DNA of 54,235 nucleotides, counting the filler, from Sluysia triapertura (Eukaryota), in NCBI GenBank assembly GCA_046118255.1. It is 4 parts of 4 records of this genome, joined end to end, with 100 filler letters (N's around TTAATTAATTAA, not from the genome) between each part and the next. Parts side by side here need not be neighbours in the genome. Positions count along the whole stretch, not along the records: positions 17,030 to 31,752 come from JBJNIA010250531.1; positions 31,853 to 43,286 come from JBJNIA010184790.1; 2 more parts are not named here. One strand, given 5' to 3'. The notes under the pieces are model-generated. The model saw only the letters and a program-made list of their open reading frames with translations. It was not told the origin of the DNA and made no database searches. Of the stretch, positions 27,385 to 39,447 are shown piece after piece (positions within the stretch are counted from its first letter, which is position 1; each line of letters begins with the position of its first letter). Made by a program: the position numbers and the translations under genes.

Positions 27385-28499
27385 ATAGACATGCAAAATA
27401 ATTAAATTGAATTCCCGATTATCTGACAATTATCTCGATATTATACAAAGAGCTAACTTTTTACATAAAAAACACAACAATCCAGAAAAAACGACAACAG
27501 TAACTATTGAAACAACTTCTTGCTGTAAGGACGCTGGATTCAATTGAATCTTTTTCTTCAGTAATAATATTAAAATAAAAATAAGTTTACGTGGTTAGTA
27601 GAGAGTTAGGATTCATTTTGTCATTATTTTTTTATATTTTATATGTGGTAACAACATTCATGTTGTGTAACCCCTGCGATTTTTAGAGAGTTAAACAATA
27701 ATGTATTAAAGAATTTGATTTAAAGAAGTATTTTAACTATATAACAAGTTTGATTTATATAACTATAATTATGATATAAAGAAGTTGATTTTTAGAATTA
27801 TATTTGTCGCATAAGAGATTTGATTTGTATAATTGTTATATGAATATGTCGAGATTCAGTTTTTAGTTATTTTTTAGTTATTAAAGAGGGATATCAGTAA
27901 ACGATAAAACACAACAGTAGTCACCGGTAAGGGGTTTTTGCGTATCCATTTTGACTGAGAAGCCCATTTGTTTAAGTTTACTATGCAAACATTCGAGAAT
28001 CTTATTATGTCTGGCTGTACGGCCAATGATAGTTCGAGGACAAAGACATAGTACGTGGGCAATTGTTTCTCGTTCAAATTCACACCAGCGAAGCGTAATG
28101 GGAAGCTGCAGTCGAATGTTTTATGGAGAGAAATTAAGAATGCACTTTCTAGCCTTAAACATAAAAATCGAACTGTAGTTTTTTAATTGTAAAGAAAACA
28201 GACGACCAGATAGAGGACTTTTCATGAAGCATTTATCAAAGCGACCTTGGATTTTGTGGGATTTCCAAATATTGGTATTAAAATGTTAATCAGTTCATGA
28301 AGATATTTATCTACTTTCTCTTTATGAAACCGGTTTAATGTGACTTCGTTTTCACCAAGGATGGCGTATTTGATATTTAATTTTATTTGGTCCTCACATT
28401 AAAAGAAGCTAGCAGCAATTCGGTATTTTCGGCGCAAATTGGGGATAGATTGTCGAATTTTGGTCCACCATGTCAGAATTCATGAACGCTTATTGGTTT

Positions 28500-29870
28500 T
28501 ACCGCCATTAAGCCAAGATAGAGCATCAGAAATGTTTTCCACTTCTAATCTTTTAAAAGTATTATTAATATCTACTACGTGTGTAATAAAATCTTTTGAA
28601 AATATTATAATGTCATCAATATATAATATTACATTTTAGCAATCTGATAATACAACATTCATACATCTCTGAAATGTTGCTGATGCACTAGTTAGTTCAA
28701 CACTCGTATAATTCGTCTCCACTGCAAAAGCTGTTTTATGTATATTTTCCCGCTATTTCAATTTGCCTATAGCCATTTGGAGATCTAAAGCAGTGAAATA
28801 TTTAACGTTTCCTAATTTATCCAACATTTCGTCAATTCTTGGTAGTGGAAACACATCTTTCCTCGTAATTTTATTTAATTCTCTGAAGTCGATACAAAAT
28901 ATCATAGTTCCATCCTTTTTCTTGACTAATAATACTGGTAAGAAAAATGGTGAAATTTTTGGTCTAATGACTCCAGCCTTTTTCATTGATTCAATTTAAT
29001 CTTTCATCTCTTGTTGATTGCACATAGGTATTCTATATGGTTTCTTTCTGATAATTTTATCTTCTAGTAATGGAATTACATGTTTTATTATCATATGTCA
29101 CATTTATTTCTAGCTATTACCCAAGGATATCGATAAATAACCTTATATAGTAGTTCCTTGTTAAAGTTTTGGTTTTAATTTATATCTCTTCATAATCTTC
29201 ATAATCTTCAGTATCTATATCTCTTTGTAATTTGATATTTTTACTTTTTGGTTTATTATTTAATTCAAATTTATTTGTGATTATAACTTATAGTTCACTG
29301 TTTCCCCTAATTTTGTTCTTGCAAATAACCATTTATTTTCTTCCGAATAATCTATTATTCTTATTGGAATATTACAATATTCATGATTATTTTTCGAATG
29401 AATAAACATTATCGGACCCGTTTCTTAAAATATATATTGTGTTAGACTTAATATCCAAAGAGGTTCTTCTAATATAACATCATCGTCATCTATTGGTCTG
29501 TCAGTATAACTGTCCATTAATCTTGCTTTATTGAAATCTAGTTAAACTCCTTTTAATTGTGATAACACGTCCATTCATAACATCCTATTTTCGGGACATT
29601 TTCTCATTACCATGAATTTAATTTCAATTTTATTTTTCCCAATTTCACACAATATTTTCAAGACTCCAAGAATTTCGACTTCATCTCCTGTCATTCCTGT
29701 TAAATACAAATATTATTAAGTTCTTTTGTAGTTAGCGTTGATTCACTTATTCGAGAATCTACTAATTCTCATAACATTCTTCCGTTTACTTTCATATCCA
29801 CCATAGGTCTTCTTGCACTATTATAATTATTGTTTGCACAGATCATGTAAACTAAATTTCTTTGAGAAGG
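28500..29870 (-). mobile_element. Decayed Ty3/Gypsy pol: aspartic protease, reverse transcriptase, possible RNase H end
   Basis: Protease RPMVDMKVNGRML*ELVDSR. RT KAGVIRPKISPFFLPVLLVKKKDGTMIFCIDFRELNKITRKDVFPLPRIDEMLDKLGNVKYFTALDL ... HKTAF ... SATFQRCMN ... YIDDIIIFS. Then abruptly SDALS (RNase H-end-like ADALSR). Confidence 0.92.
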
Positions 29871-31177
29871 TTCATTTTAATTAACTGGTTCAATATTAAT
29901 TGTTTGTAATGCTATTTCCTCTGTTTGTTTTCTTTCTTATTTGAGAACATTTTATTGTGAATGTGCATGATGATGTAATAAAAATTTAGCCAAAATGGAA
30001 AACATCCTATTATCAGTTTCCATGTAAAACCTGATATTTTATATATGCCTACCACTGAAAATATCTGAGATAAAGTAAGATCAATAATTTTAACTATTAT
30101 GAATATATCTATTAATTCCGAAAATGCATGTCCTAATACTAGAAAACTTCCCCATATTTGTTCTAATGTATTGTGTGCAGATTTCTTAAAATGATGTGAT
30201 CCTAGTAATGATTCAAAATTTACTTTACCATTCTTTTCTACTAATGCTTTATCTACAATTTCTGTTAAAACTTTTGATCTTTTGATAGGGAATAATATTT
30301 CATACCAAGATGCTTGTATGTCTTCATGTGAATATATTCCTGATCTAAGGATATTTTGGTAGCTGAAAATTTTAATTTTGACTTTAACTATGTTTATGAT
30401 ATCCATAAATTATCATCAATTTCATATTCTGATGCCATCACGTTAGAACAGTATAGTGTTTTTGGTTTTAACCTATTAGTTGGTATAATTATTCTTGTAA
30501 CCGGTTTTAAATAAATTGGTTGATTTTTATACGTAACTGGTAATTCATTGGCACATTCATTTTCTTGTCTAATCTGTACTTCAACTTTCTTACATTTATA
30601 AGTATATAGTACTTCATTTATTAATCTGCGAAATACTCCTTATTCTAAAGGAAGTAATGGTGCTACTAGATCTGTTTAGTAATTGCTACGGCTAATTTAG
30701 TCCTTACAATTTATTTATTTAACTGACAATCTCTAGTTATCATGGCTTGATAAACTTTTTCTAGTGGCATAAATCCTAAATGGTAATAGAAGTCTATTTT
30801 ATTATTAAAATAAGTATTTAGTTTCAAATTCTTTGTGTTTTTACTTTACTTTGGATAAGTAAATACCATGATAATATGTTTATGTAATTTCTTGACCATA
30901 TCTAACAAATAATAATCCGTCATCTTTTTTATTAGCCACTAGTAATGTAGGTGTTTCTACTTTGTTAAGCCTTTTTCTTTGTGGTGAATCTAAATTATCT
31001 TTGTAAATTTGTTTTTATTTATTTCTTCTACTGCCAATTCTTCATCATCTTGATACATAAATACGAAAACTAGACTAAATTTAATATTAAAGGACACTGA
31101 ATTTTTTTCAATTCATATATTAATGTTGATTCACCATTGTCGCAGCTTGTTTGATCACTTTTACAAAATGGTCCTGA

Positions 31178-31324
31178 TGTTAGACTTCGTAAAATGGACT
31201 GACCGGGAATCGAACCCGGGACCTTCGCTGAGCAGTTCGATTGCTCTACCACTGAGCTATCAGCCCCGTCTAACAGTTTTATTTTATTATATTCAATGGC
31301 ACTTTAGGCCTTTTTTCCCCAACA
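31178..31324 (-). mobile_element. 147-bp element with TG...CA ends and a tRNA-like cloverleaf (solo-LTR/Helenus-like), inserted in env
   Basis: Minus strand: TGTTGGGG...TGTTAGAC-G-GGGCTGATAGCTCAGTGGTAGAGC...CCGGGTTCGATTCCCGGTCAGTCCA-TTTT-ACGAAGTCTAACA. Flanks TCAC/TCAG. Removing the element plus 4 bp restores the env frame (LEKGTMMS-GPFCKSDQ). Confidence 0.85.
31195..31266 (-). ncRNA. tRNA-like sequence (intact acceptor, D and T arms; unpaired anticodon arm) within the element; probably not a functional tRNA
   Basis: Acceptor GGGCTGA/TCAGTCC, D arm GCTC/GAGC, T arm CCGGG-TTCGATT-CCCGG, boxes A and B present, TTTT terminator immediately downstream. The anticodon stem does not pair; the 27288 copy has CTGCAAA (Cys-like). 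Confidence 0.6.
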
Positions 31325-31752
31325 GTGACATCATAGTTCCTTTTTCTAAATCAAAACTTTCATTGAAAGATCGTAAACTTATAATACTTGTTTCTTGTGC
31401 TAATACATTATTATAAATTTTCCATTCGTGTTCGATTGAACCTCTTTCACAAGTACCATCTAATAATTATTTTCTCATTATTTTTTATTTTAAGTTTATC
31501 TTCCTTATTTAAACTTATATGCCCAGTTTCCAAAGCGTCTCGACATTTATCTTAAATGGTTTTAATACATTAGAAATATCGATAATTGATGAATTGCTAT
31601 GATGTCCACAATACCTTATAACTACAGACCTTTTAACCGAACATTATCTAACCTCGAATGTTAAACTTTACTTTATTTTTATCGACATGATTATTAATTA
31701 TATGATTTTCAGTTAAACTACAAGAAAAATAGTCGAAAAGTTTGTAACAGCT

Positions 31753-31852
31753 NNNNNNNNNNNNNNNNNNNNNNNNNNNNNNNNNNNNNNNNNNNNTTAA
31801 TTAATTAANNNNNNNNNNNNNNNNNNNNNNNNNNNNNNNNNNNNNNNNNNNN
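31753..31852. other. Assembly gap with artificial TTAATTAATTAA linker
   Basis: Direct reading. Confidence 0.97.

Positions 31853-31923
<71 letters not shown>
31853..31923. repeat. (AAT)n microsatellite at contig edge
   Basis: Direct reading. Confidence 0.95.
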
Positions 31924-31925
<2 letters not shown>

Positions 31926-33599
31926 CTAATATATCATGTTAGATGCATTTAAGTATAAATTTTTGATAATCATTGTTTAATTTAGAATGTTTTTCTAACA
32001 ATTGAGTGAATTTTAAATGTATATAAATATATTCGAACTTAAAGCTCTGGATGAAACATCATTACAAAAGTTGATCTTCAATTCACAAATTTCATTATAA
32101 AAGACAGCATTTTCTTAATTATTCTTATGAATTATTTTGTAATTAGTTAACTTTAATAAACATGGAACAGAGACATCCAAAAAATAACCAGTAGAAGTTC
32201 ATATTAATAATGTTGAATAATTTATAAAAATAACATGAAATAAATACTTAGAAAATGTATAACATATTGTATAGTCTAAACGGCGAGAATGTGATTGTTT
32301 AGAATAGTCGATAAATTTACAAGTGATACCGAGTTATTTCTTTTTATTACTAGCTGGTCATCGATCAAAAATACGCCTCAGCTGTTATTTATGTTTAATT
32401 TAATTAGAATATATTATTCTAGCAAAAAATAGTATTATAAACATGCCATTTTCTTTTACAAAGGATGAGTTTAAGATAACATTACATTTCATAAGTACAA
32501 AACTTTCTTAATTCGTACTGTTTTATTTTAAGTACATAAAAGTTTGTCTTTTGGATCTTATAATTCAAATTACAAAATATCAATACTGATATTTCTGTGC
32601 CCAAACCAATAGTAGTGATAAAAATAAACACTTTGAGTTGTTTTATTACTATCAGTAATCTTGTATAGTTTCATAGTTATAAGGATTAGACTCATGGTGA
32701 CTATCAATCAAAGATCAAATGATAGTCATCCATCCATTAAATATCCATGTTTTTGTTGACTTTCATCTTTATATTTCGTATTTCTATGACGTTGCATTCG
32801 AATGAATGATTTGTTCATTTTAGCAATATAATATCAATAATATCTTTTATTGATAGTTCTTTCACTTCATTACCAGATAACAAATTTGATCTTAAACAAT
32901 GTAACAGATAATTTCTTAAAAACAGCCCTTATGATTAACGCTGTATACCAAACACACAATTCAATCTTATACCACTCTTGGTACAATATTTTCAGTATTC
33001 TGAACTACCTTGGATAAATCACTAACTTTACTTCTCTTTTGCATTTCCAAAATTTTTATGTAAATATCAATTAATTCGATCCATATTGTAAAAAGCTAAG
33101 ACATAAAATATCTGTTCTAGATACTGTTACTTATTGATCAATGTTAATTTTTTGTGTCCTTTAATAATAAGTTGTTAACAGTAATTTTTAATAAGTTATT
33201 AACATAGGCCAGTCACATTTCAGTTGGCTAACATTATTTTGACCTCTAGGACAGTTTTTTAAAGTAAAAAATAGTTATCATTAGATAATAATATCAATTG
33301 GATCTATGGTAAATTAATTTATATATCATTAATTCTTATGAATTTATTATATGTACAAAATTCGAAATTTTCAATTATTGATTTAAAGAATTTAAATTAA
33401 CATTTGAGTTGTACTTACACATTTGATATATATATCTAGATTTATATTTCTCGTTTATTATTATTGTACTTCTATTACTATTATTATTAGTTACGATAGT
33501 AAATAGATCATATTTACTATTCTTATAATTATTATTACATAAAAGTTACATGAAATATCGATATTTCATAATATTTGTGAAATGTGATTATTTGGTAAA

Positions 33600-34350
33600 T
33601 GGAGTAAATTAATATATTGCACATGTTAAGTAGGTAGCACAAGTAAAATTTCAAGAGTCATTTGTTTTATGTCTATTTCTTGGTTTAATCCAATTACTAT
33701 TTGTAAGTTTATGTATTTCTTTTATATTAATACTGTTTGACGATATTTTATCATTTTATTGAATATTATAGTCATGGATTAAAAATTACAATGAGTGTTC
33801 CAATTATACAATTATTTATATTCATTTGTTGTTTGCATAGTGGTTAAATTAAGTAAATTAACATAAATTAACGCAACTCAGTATTTATTTGAATCAAGAT
33901 AATTATTATTTACTGGCATTAGTTTTGGTTTCTGCTTATGACTAATTAAATATGATAATAAACATGTAGCTGATTTAGCTATCTTTAGTGATGATAAAAA
34001 TGTGTAATATTTGGTTTTTGGCGAGTCATTATTAAATGACGGTGTTTTTATGGTTTTGTATTATGTATTACAATGTAATTTTTCTCTTGTTACTGCGATG
34101 TTATTTACTGGCAATTTATTGATATTTTTATTTATTAATATTTTTTGTTTTTTGTTTAATCAATCGTTGTTCTAAAGGATTACTTGGTTATGTTGAATAT
34201 CTTATTCGAAGTAAATTAGTGACTGAAACAAAAAATTTTGAATGTTGATATTAAAATGTTCGATTTTATAACGAATGTTTGAACTAAACGTTCGATGACT
34301 GTTTGAATTAAAGATAAAAGTTAAACGAAAATAAAATAATATGGTGAGCC
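33600..34350 (+). pseudogene. Decayed Na+/H+ exchanger (SLC9A/NHE family) fragment
   Basis: 33966-34073 reads VADLAIFSDDKNV*YLVFGESLLNDGVFMVLYYVLQ, matching the NHE signature DPVAVLAIF...LVFGESLLND(A/G)V..VLY. Flanking frames are hydrophobic but broken, so boundaries are approximate. Confidence 0.7.
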
Positions 34351-37300
34351 ATGCATAATTATTATTGTATGTTGTTATACGCAGAATTAGTTGATTGTAT
34401 AAATGAAATAATAATGTAATTATATAAAGTTACTGAAAAATAGTATGATATGCTGAATAGTGAAATATGAATAAGTTTAAATTTAATAATAATTAAATCT
34501 TGCAATATAAATAGGAATTTTATAATTGTGAATACTGCAGGAATATAATTATAAATAAAATTTATATGTGAATAATTTTTCATCAATTTTTAATATAGTT
34601 ACAGATGAAATATAATTTTATAAATAGTAAGTAAATAATTTTAAGGAATTTCAATATTGTGTAAGTATCTAACATTTTGTGTTTAATTAGGTTGGGCATT
34701 TTATAAACAGTTTGATCTAAGAACAGTTAATTCGCTATTTAAATCCTTATAAATTGTAATTTGTGAGTTTTTTATTATTATATCGTAAATATTTATAAAT
34801 TTTTTTATAAAAAAAATTTTAATTTCTTTTATGAACGATAACGTTCGAAAATTTTTTGTGCATTTGAAAAAGATCTGCTTTTTAATTTTGATTGTTAATA
34901 TAGACTTAATAAAGTCTCATTTTTAATAAACCAATAAAATATGCCTAATATAAGAATGGCAAATTAAATTAGACTAGAAATTATAAGAAGATATGAAATT
35001 GGTGCAGCAAATGATTTCAGTATCAATATTCTTATTAATTTCTAAAAAAATTAAGTAACAAAATGCTTAAATTATTTGACAAGATGATTCAATTGCATGA
35101 AAAACCACATTAAGATTCCAGAATTAAACAATTATGATTTGAGTTAAAAGAATTGAAAGTGAAGTCAAACTTATGCAGAACTTATAAAGTATTTTCATAT
35201 ACGCATAAAGTTTTAAATGTTGGAATTATATAATAATTCAAACACGTCCTGAAACCTCTGAAACACCCTTATATTACACTCTTCTGGTCATAATAATCAT
35301 TATTTTTACTAATATTAAAATATTCTATAAAATAAATATTCAAGAAACCTTAAATAAATTTATTTTTAATTTGCATAAATTTATTAATTTATATGTTTGA
35401 TTATAAAATATTCTTTTATTTTTATCGTTAAAATTTTATTGTGTTGTGATTATTATTATTATTATTTTTATATTTTATTAGTATAATAATTATTATATTA
35501 ATACATATTTATTATTTTATTATTAAAATATTGACATTCAAGGTCATTTATCTTTGAAAATATACTAGAAATTTCATTCATGACGGCAAGCATTCAGATA
35601 AGCTGTAATAATTCAAGTAACCATGACAATGCTATTTTAAATTCAACAATAATTCGAAATCTGATTCAAAAAAAGCTAATATAAATGTTAAAACATCATT
35701 TGATGATCCTAATGATGTCAAGATGACATGACGCTTTAAATTTTTTGAATTTTCATTATTTTACCGATGAAATGAGGACAAGTAGTTTACCTTTTGATAT
35801 TCGAATCGAAATTTTTAACTCATTCACTTGAAAGATTATCATAACTTAATATATTTAGCAAAGTTTTTATCAGTGATTTAGATAATTTATTAAGCATTGT
35901 TCATGATAAGGAAGTACATATTGTAAATTTTGTAAATATTGTAAATCACAAATAATTTCTATGTTTAATGTTTAAATTTTATGTATATAAATAATTTGAG
36001 TAAAAATTTCAAAGATTTCAAATTTTAATTCTTAACTTTAAATTTTTATGTAAATATTTTAATTTTTAGAAAATTAATGCAAAACATTTATTAATGTAAA
36101 AAAGTGAATGTAATTTTTTATTTATTTATAAGATAATTTAGTTAGAAGATCTATGTAATCATAGAAAGATAAGCAAATACTTATTTTTATCAAATATCAA
36201 ATATTTTTTACGGCACAAAACTAATAGAATTTAATTCTCGGAAAAGATTTAAAAATATCTAAACATATAAATAAGAAAACAAAACCAACAAATCTTACAA
36301 AATTTATACGTACTATTATTGTTGTTATGGAACGCTCAAATTTTCTGAGGAAAATATTTATTGGAATAGAATTTGGAATATCGGAGATGGTTTTACAGAT
36401 GAATCATTGGAAAGTCTTTTATCGAGTTTATTCATTAGTGGATCTCTACGACTATTTCATTGTTTGATCATTCAGTTATTATGAATAAGTGAGTTATTTT
36501 TGTTAAGGCTTTAGCATGAATTCCTTTCTTTAAAATACACCTAAAATATTTCAACTTGAATCCAAGCAATCACCTGGATTAAAATTTTTTGTAAACTCAG
36601 TTTTATCATACGAGAAATCCCGTTATTATTTATTATTTGTTACTATATATTTGTATAAACAATTTTTGTTAATTCATAATAAATAGCTTTGTTGTTCTAG
36701 TGAATATTAAATGATAAATTAATAATAACATTTTGTATAAAGATAAATTCGGTATAAGAACATTAATTTGATTATTAACTTTTGTTTAAAGAATTTAAAA
36801 GGTTGAATCGTAATTTTTTGAAAGTTATAGGAAAGTAATGTAATTGAAGAGACTATCGGATTGTATGCAATAAGTATTAAGGCATTTTTACGAAGGAATT
36901 TTCTTGACATCTTGTGAATACGTCTTCCTTGGGATACAAACCGTATATCACAGGCGAACCCGAAAATTAAAATTATAATTGTTTCTACCAAATTAATAAA
37001 GGTAGAACATTTCAATCGTAAATTAGTACTTCCTTAACTTCTTTTTGACTGAAACTTGAACTTCTTATTATTTATTAAACTTAAATGTCCTCAACCTTAT
37101 TACTTGATAATTGTTCCTTCTCTATAGGATTCACTTATATTCTGAATACTTAAAACTTATTTATTACTTCCTTGGTAATAATCTATTTCTTTTTACAAAA
37201 TCCTTAATTTAACCAACTAATCTTAATTTTAATCTGTCTACAAAATATCTAATTGAAAACCCTTTAATATGCTTTCTTAATCGATTTAATTACAAAACTC

Positions 37301-39002
37301 TTAAAATAAATTCAATTATAAAACTCCTAATATCAATTGAATTACAAAAACTCTCAATAGTAACTCAATTACAAAAACTTTGAAAATTTTAACTTTTAAC
37401 ATTAATGTAATTACGAAACTTTTAAAATCCTTAATATTACAAAGCCTTTAATATTAATTCAATTAGTAATAACTTTAATTTTACAAATTAATAAACTCAA
37501 ATTAACAATACAATTTAATATAAAATAATTATACAAATTAGACCTTTTAATCCAATAAATATAAATTCAACTATACACCAAACGTAAGAAATTAATAAAT
37601 AATTCACTGACAATTAAAGAAGCTTTTATGTACAAGATATGTTTAAAATTTCATTATTAAAATTTCTTTTAATATGCAATAATATTTTACAAAAATACTA
37701 GTGTCACTAGTTTAATCTAGAAAATCAAAAAATATAAGTTAAGTAATTAATTCATTTTTCCGTTAAAAGAAAAAAATCGACTTAATAACAACCAACTTGC
37801 ACGTTACCAATGATCATCGATAAGTTCAACGATATTTAATTTGTCCGTTGTCCGGTAAATCTTCCTGAATATAGCAGTAATTAATGGTGTTTCGTCTATC
37901 GGTTATCCATCAATTCTTCCAAAATCTGTTAATCCCTATTTGTCTGCTGCCGATTGAAATTTTTTGTAAATAGAGAGTCCGGCTGATGAATGTATTTCAC
38001 TTCGTTTATTAAAGACTTAAAATCAACATTGATTTTTGTGTCTGCCTAAATCGTTATCTTCTTTATACACCCTAATTTTATCATTTAGCAGCTGTTTAAT
38101 TTATCACAATTAACTAGGTTTTCTAAACTAATATATTATAAACTAATTATTTTTTATTCTCATCATATCAGAAGAGGTTTTATTTTTCGTTTAATTTTCA
38201 TTTAACTAAATTTTATTATTTAGATCACAGTTTAAGTAATTATTTTTATTATTAATATATTTAAAATTAATATTATATTATTATTATTATTATTTCTTTT
38301 TCAGGTGATTCTGATTATGACAAAAATATCAATTCCAATGATTCCATCGCATAGGCATTGTTTCATAACCCTTCGCGAACATTTAATTATTTGTATTACT
38401 ATTGCTATATTGTTATTATTATCATGCTTATATCAATTATTCTCACTGAAGTCGTATCCATTAAATGTGCTGTCGTTTTTCTGAATTTAACCCCTATCAA
38501 AAATATTTTTTAGCAGGGTCAGGTTACAGCAACCAACGGGCAACGTATAGTGGGCGTTCCTGTAATTTTATAAGCTAATATTTTATCTGAATATAAATGT
38601 TCTGTAGTTGGAATCTTAATAAGTGCTTAAATATTGTAATTTTCTCAAAATCTTAATTTATTCTAAAGCTTTTAATAATTAAATAGAAAAAATTATTAAT
38701 TTTATTCACAAAATACAAAAGTTTTATAGTAATAACAAAACAAAAGACAATAAAAAAGGTATTTTAAGGATTAAAGCTCCGAGGGTGTTTAATCTAATAT
38801 AGTGCTCCTCAATATATCGTGGACACAATAATTAAAATAATTGAAAATTTAAGTCAATTTTATAATTTCAACTTCATAAATTACAAATTAATGGAATATA
38901 ATCGAATAATTGTTGCTCTGCGAATATTTCCAAAATATTGACCAAACTGTTAATTGTGAACAATCACTAAAATTTCACAATTACTCCAACAAAGACGCTA
39001 CA

Positions 39003-39447
39003 AATAATAATAATAATGATAATAATAATATATTAATTTATATTGCTCTCATATATACTGCAAAGTAAGTACTCAAAAGCGCTTAAGATAAGGTATTACA
39101 TGAGATCTCTTCCAATTTAGATAATTATTCTTGCTGTTTGATTAAATATCAATTGTAATTTTATGTATTCATAACTTGTTTCATCAGTTTTTTACTTCTC
39201 AATTTCCTTTCTTTGCAGCGCTTTATTCTTCGTAGCTCAATAATCTCCTAATCAATCACACCACATTTTTGCATTTTAAAGGTGCATACTTGTTTAAATA
39301 AAAGTATAATGTTCTGTTGTATAAATTGCTTAATGTATCTACATTGACTGTAAAATTTGTTTCTTTTTTGAACTTGCTCAATAAGTTTGTGCTCAGCTCC
39401 TCAATATCAATGTTTGATAAGTTTAGATGATTCAATAAGGGTATCAC
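39003..39447 (-). mobile_element. Internally deleted L2/CR1-group LINE copy
   Basis: ORF2 tether-like LSNLYNRTLYFYLNKYAPLKCK is joined almost directly to the same 3' tail as 10240-10300 (GCTT.TGAGTACTT...GCAGTA.ATATGAG.GCAATATAAATTAATATATTATTA) plus (TTA)n. Confidence 0.65.

Larger units (their letters stand above)
29912..31750 (-). pseudogene. Decayed envelope glycoprotein of chuvirus-G/herpes-gB (class III fusion) type belonging to the Gypsy element
   Basis: Cys patterns CSVKRSVVIRYCGHHSNSS, DGTCERG...YNNV, FCKSDQTSCDNGESTLIY and YTYKCKKVEVQIRQENECANELPVTYKNQPIYLKPVTRII...CSN, followed by C-terminal hydrophobic segments (IWGSFLVLGHAFSELIDIFIIVKII...). Recognised from family pattern; no search run. 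Confidence 0.75.

Noticed and set aside
28763-28999. Plus-strand ORFs over the RT region (also 28439..28639, 31123..31416, 48351..48628, 47793..48008)
   Set aside because: Antisense shadows of TE or host coding sequence on the opposite strand.
31195-31266. Functional tRNA gene
   Set aside because: The anticodon stem does not pair and varies among copies, and the sequence is embedded in a repeated element inserted into env.
32590-32620. Minus-strand ITTIGLG resembling a potassium-channel pore motif
   Set aside because: Lacks the following Asp and a coherent flanking reading frame; probably chance or too decayed to call.
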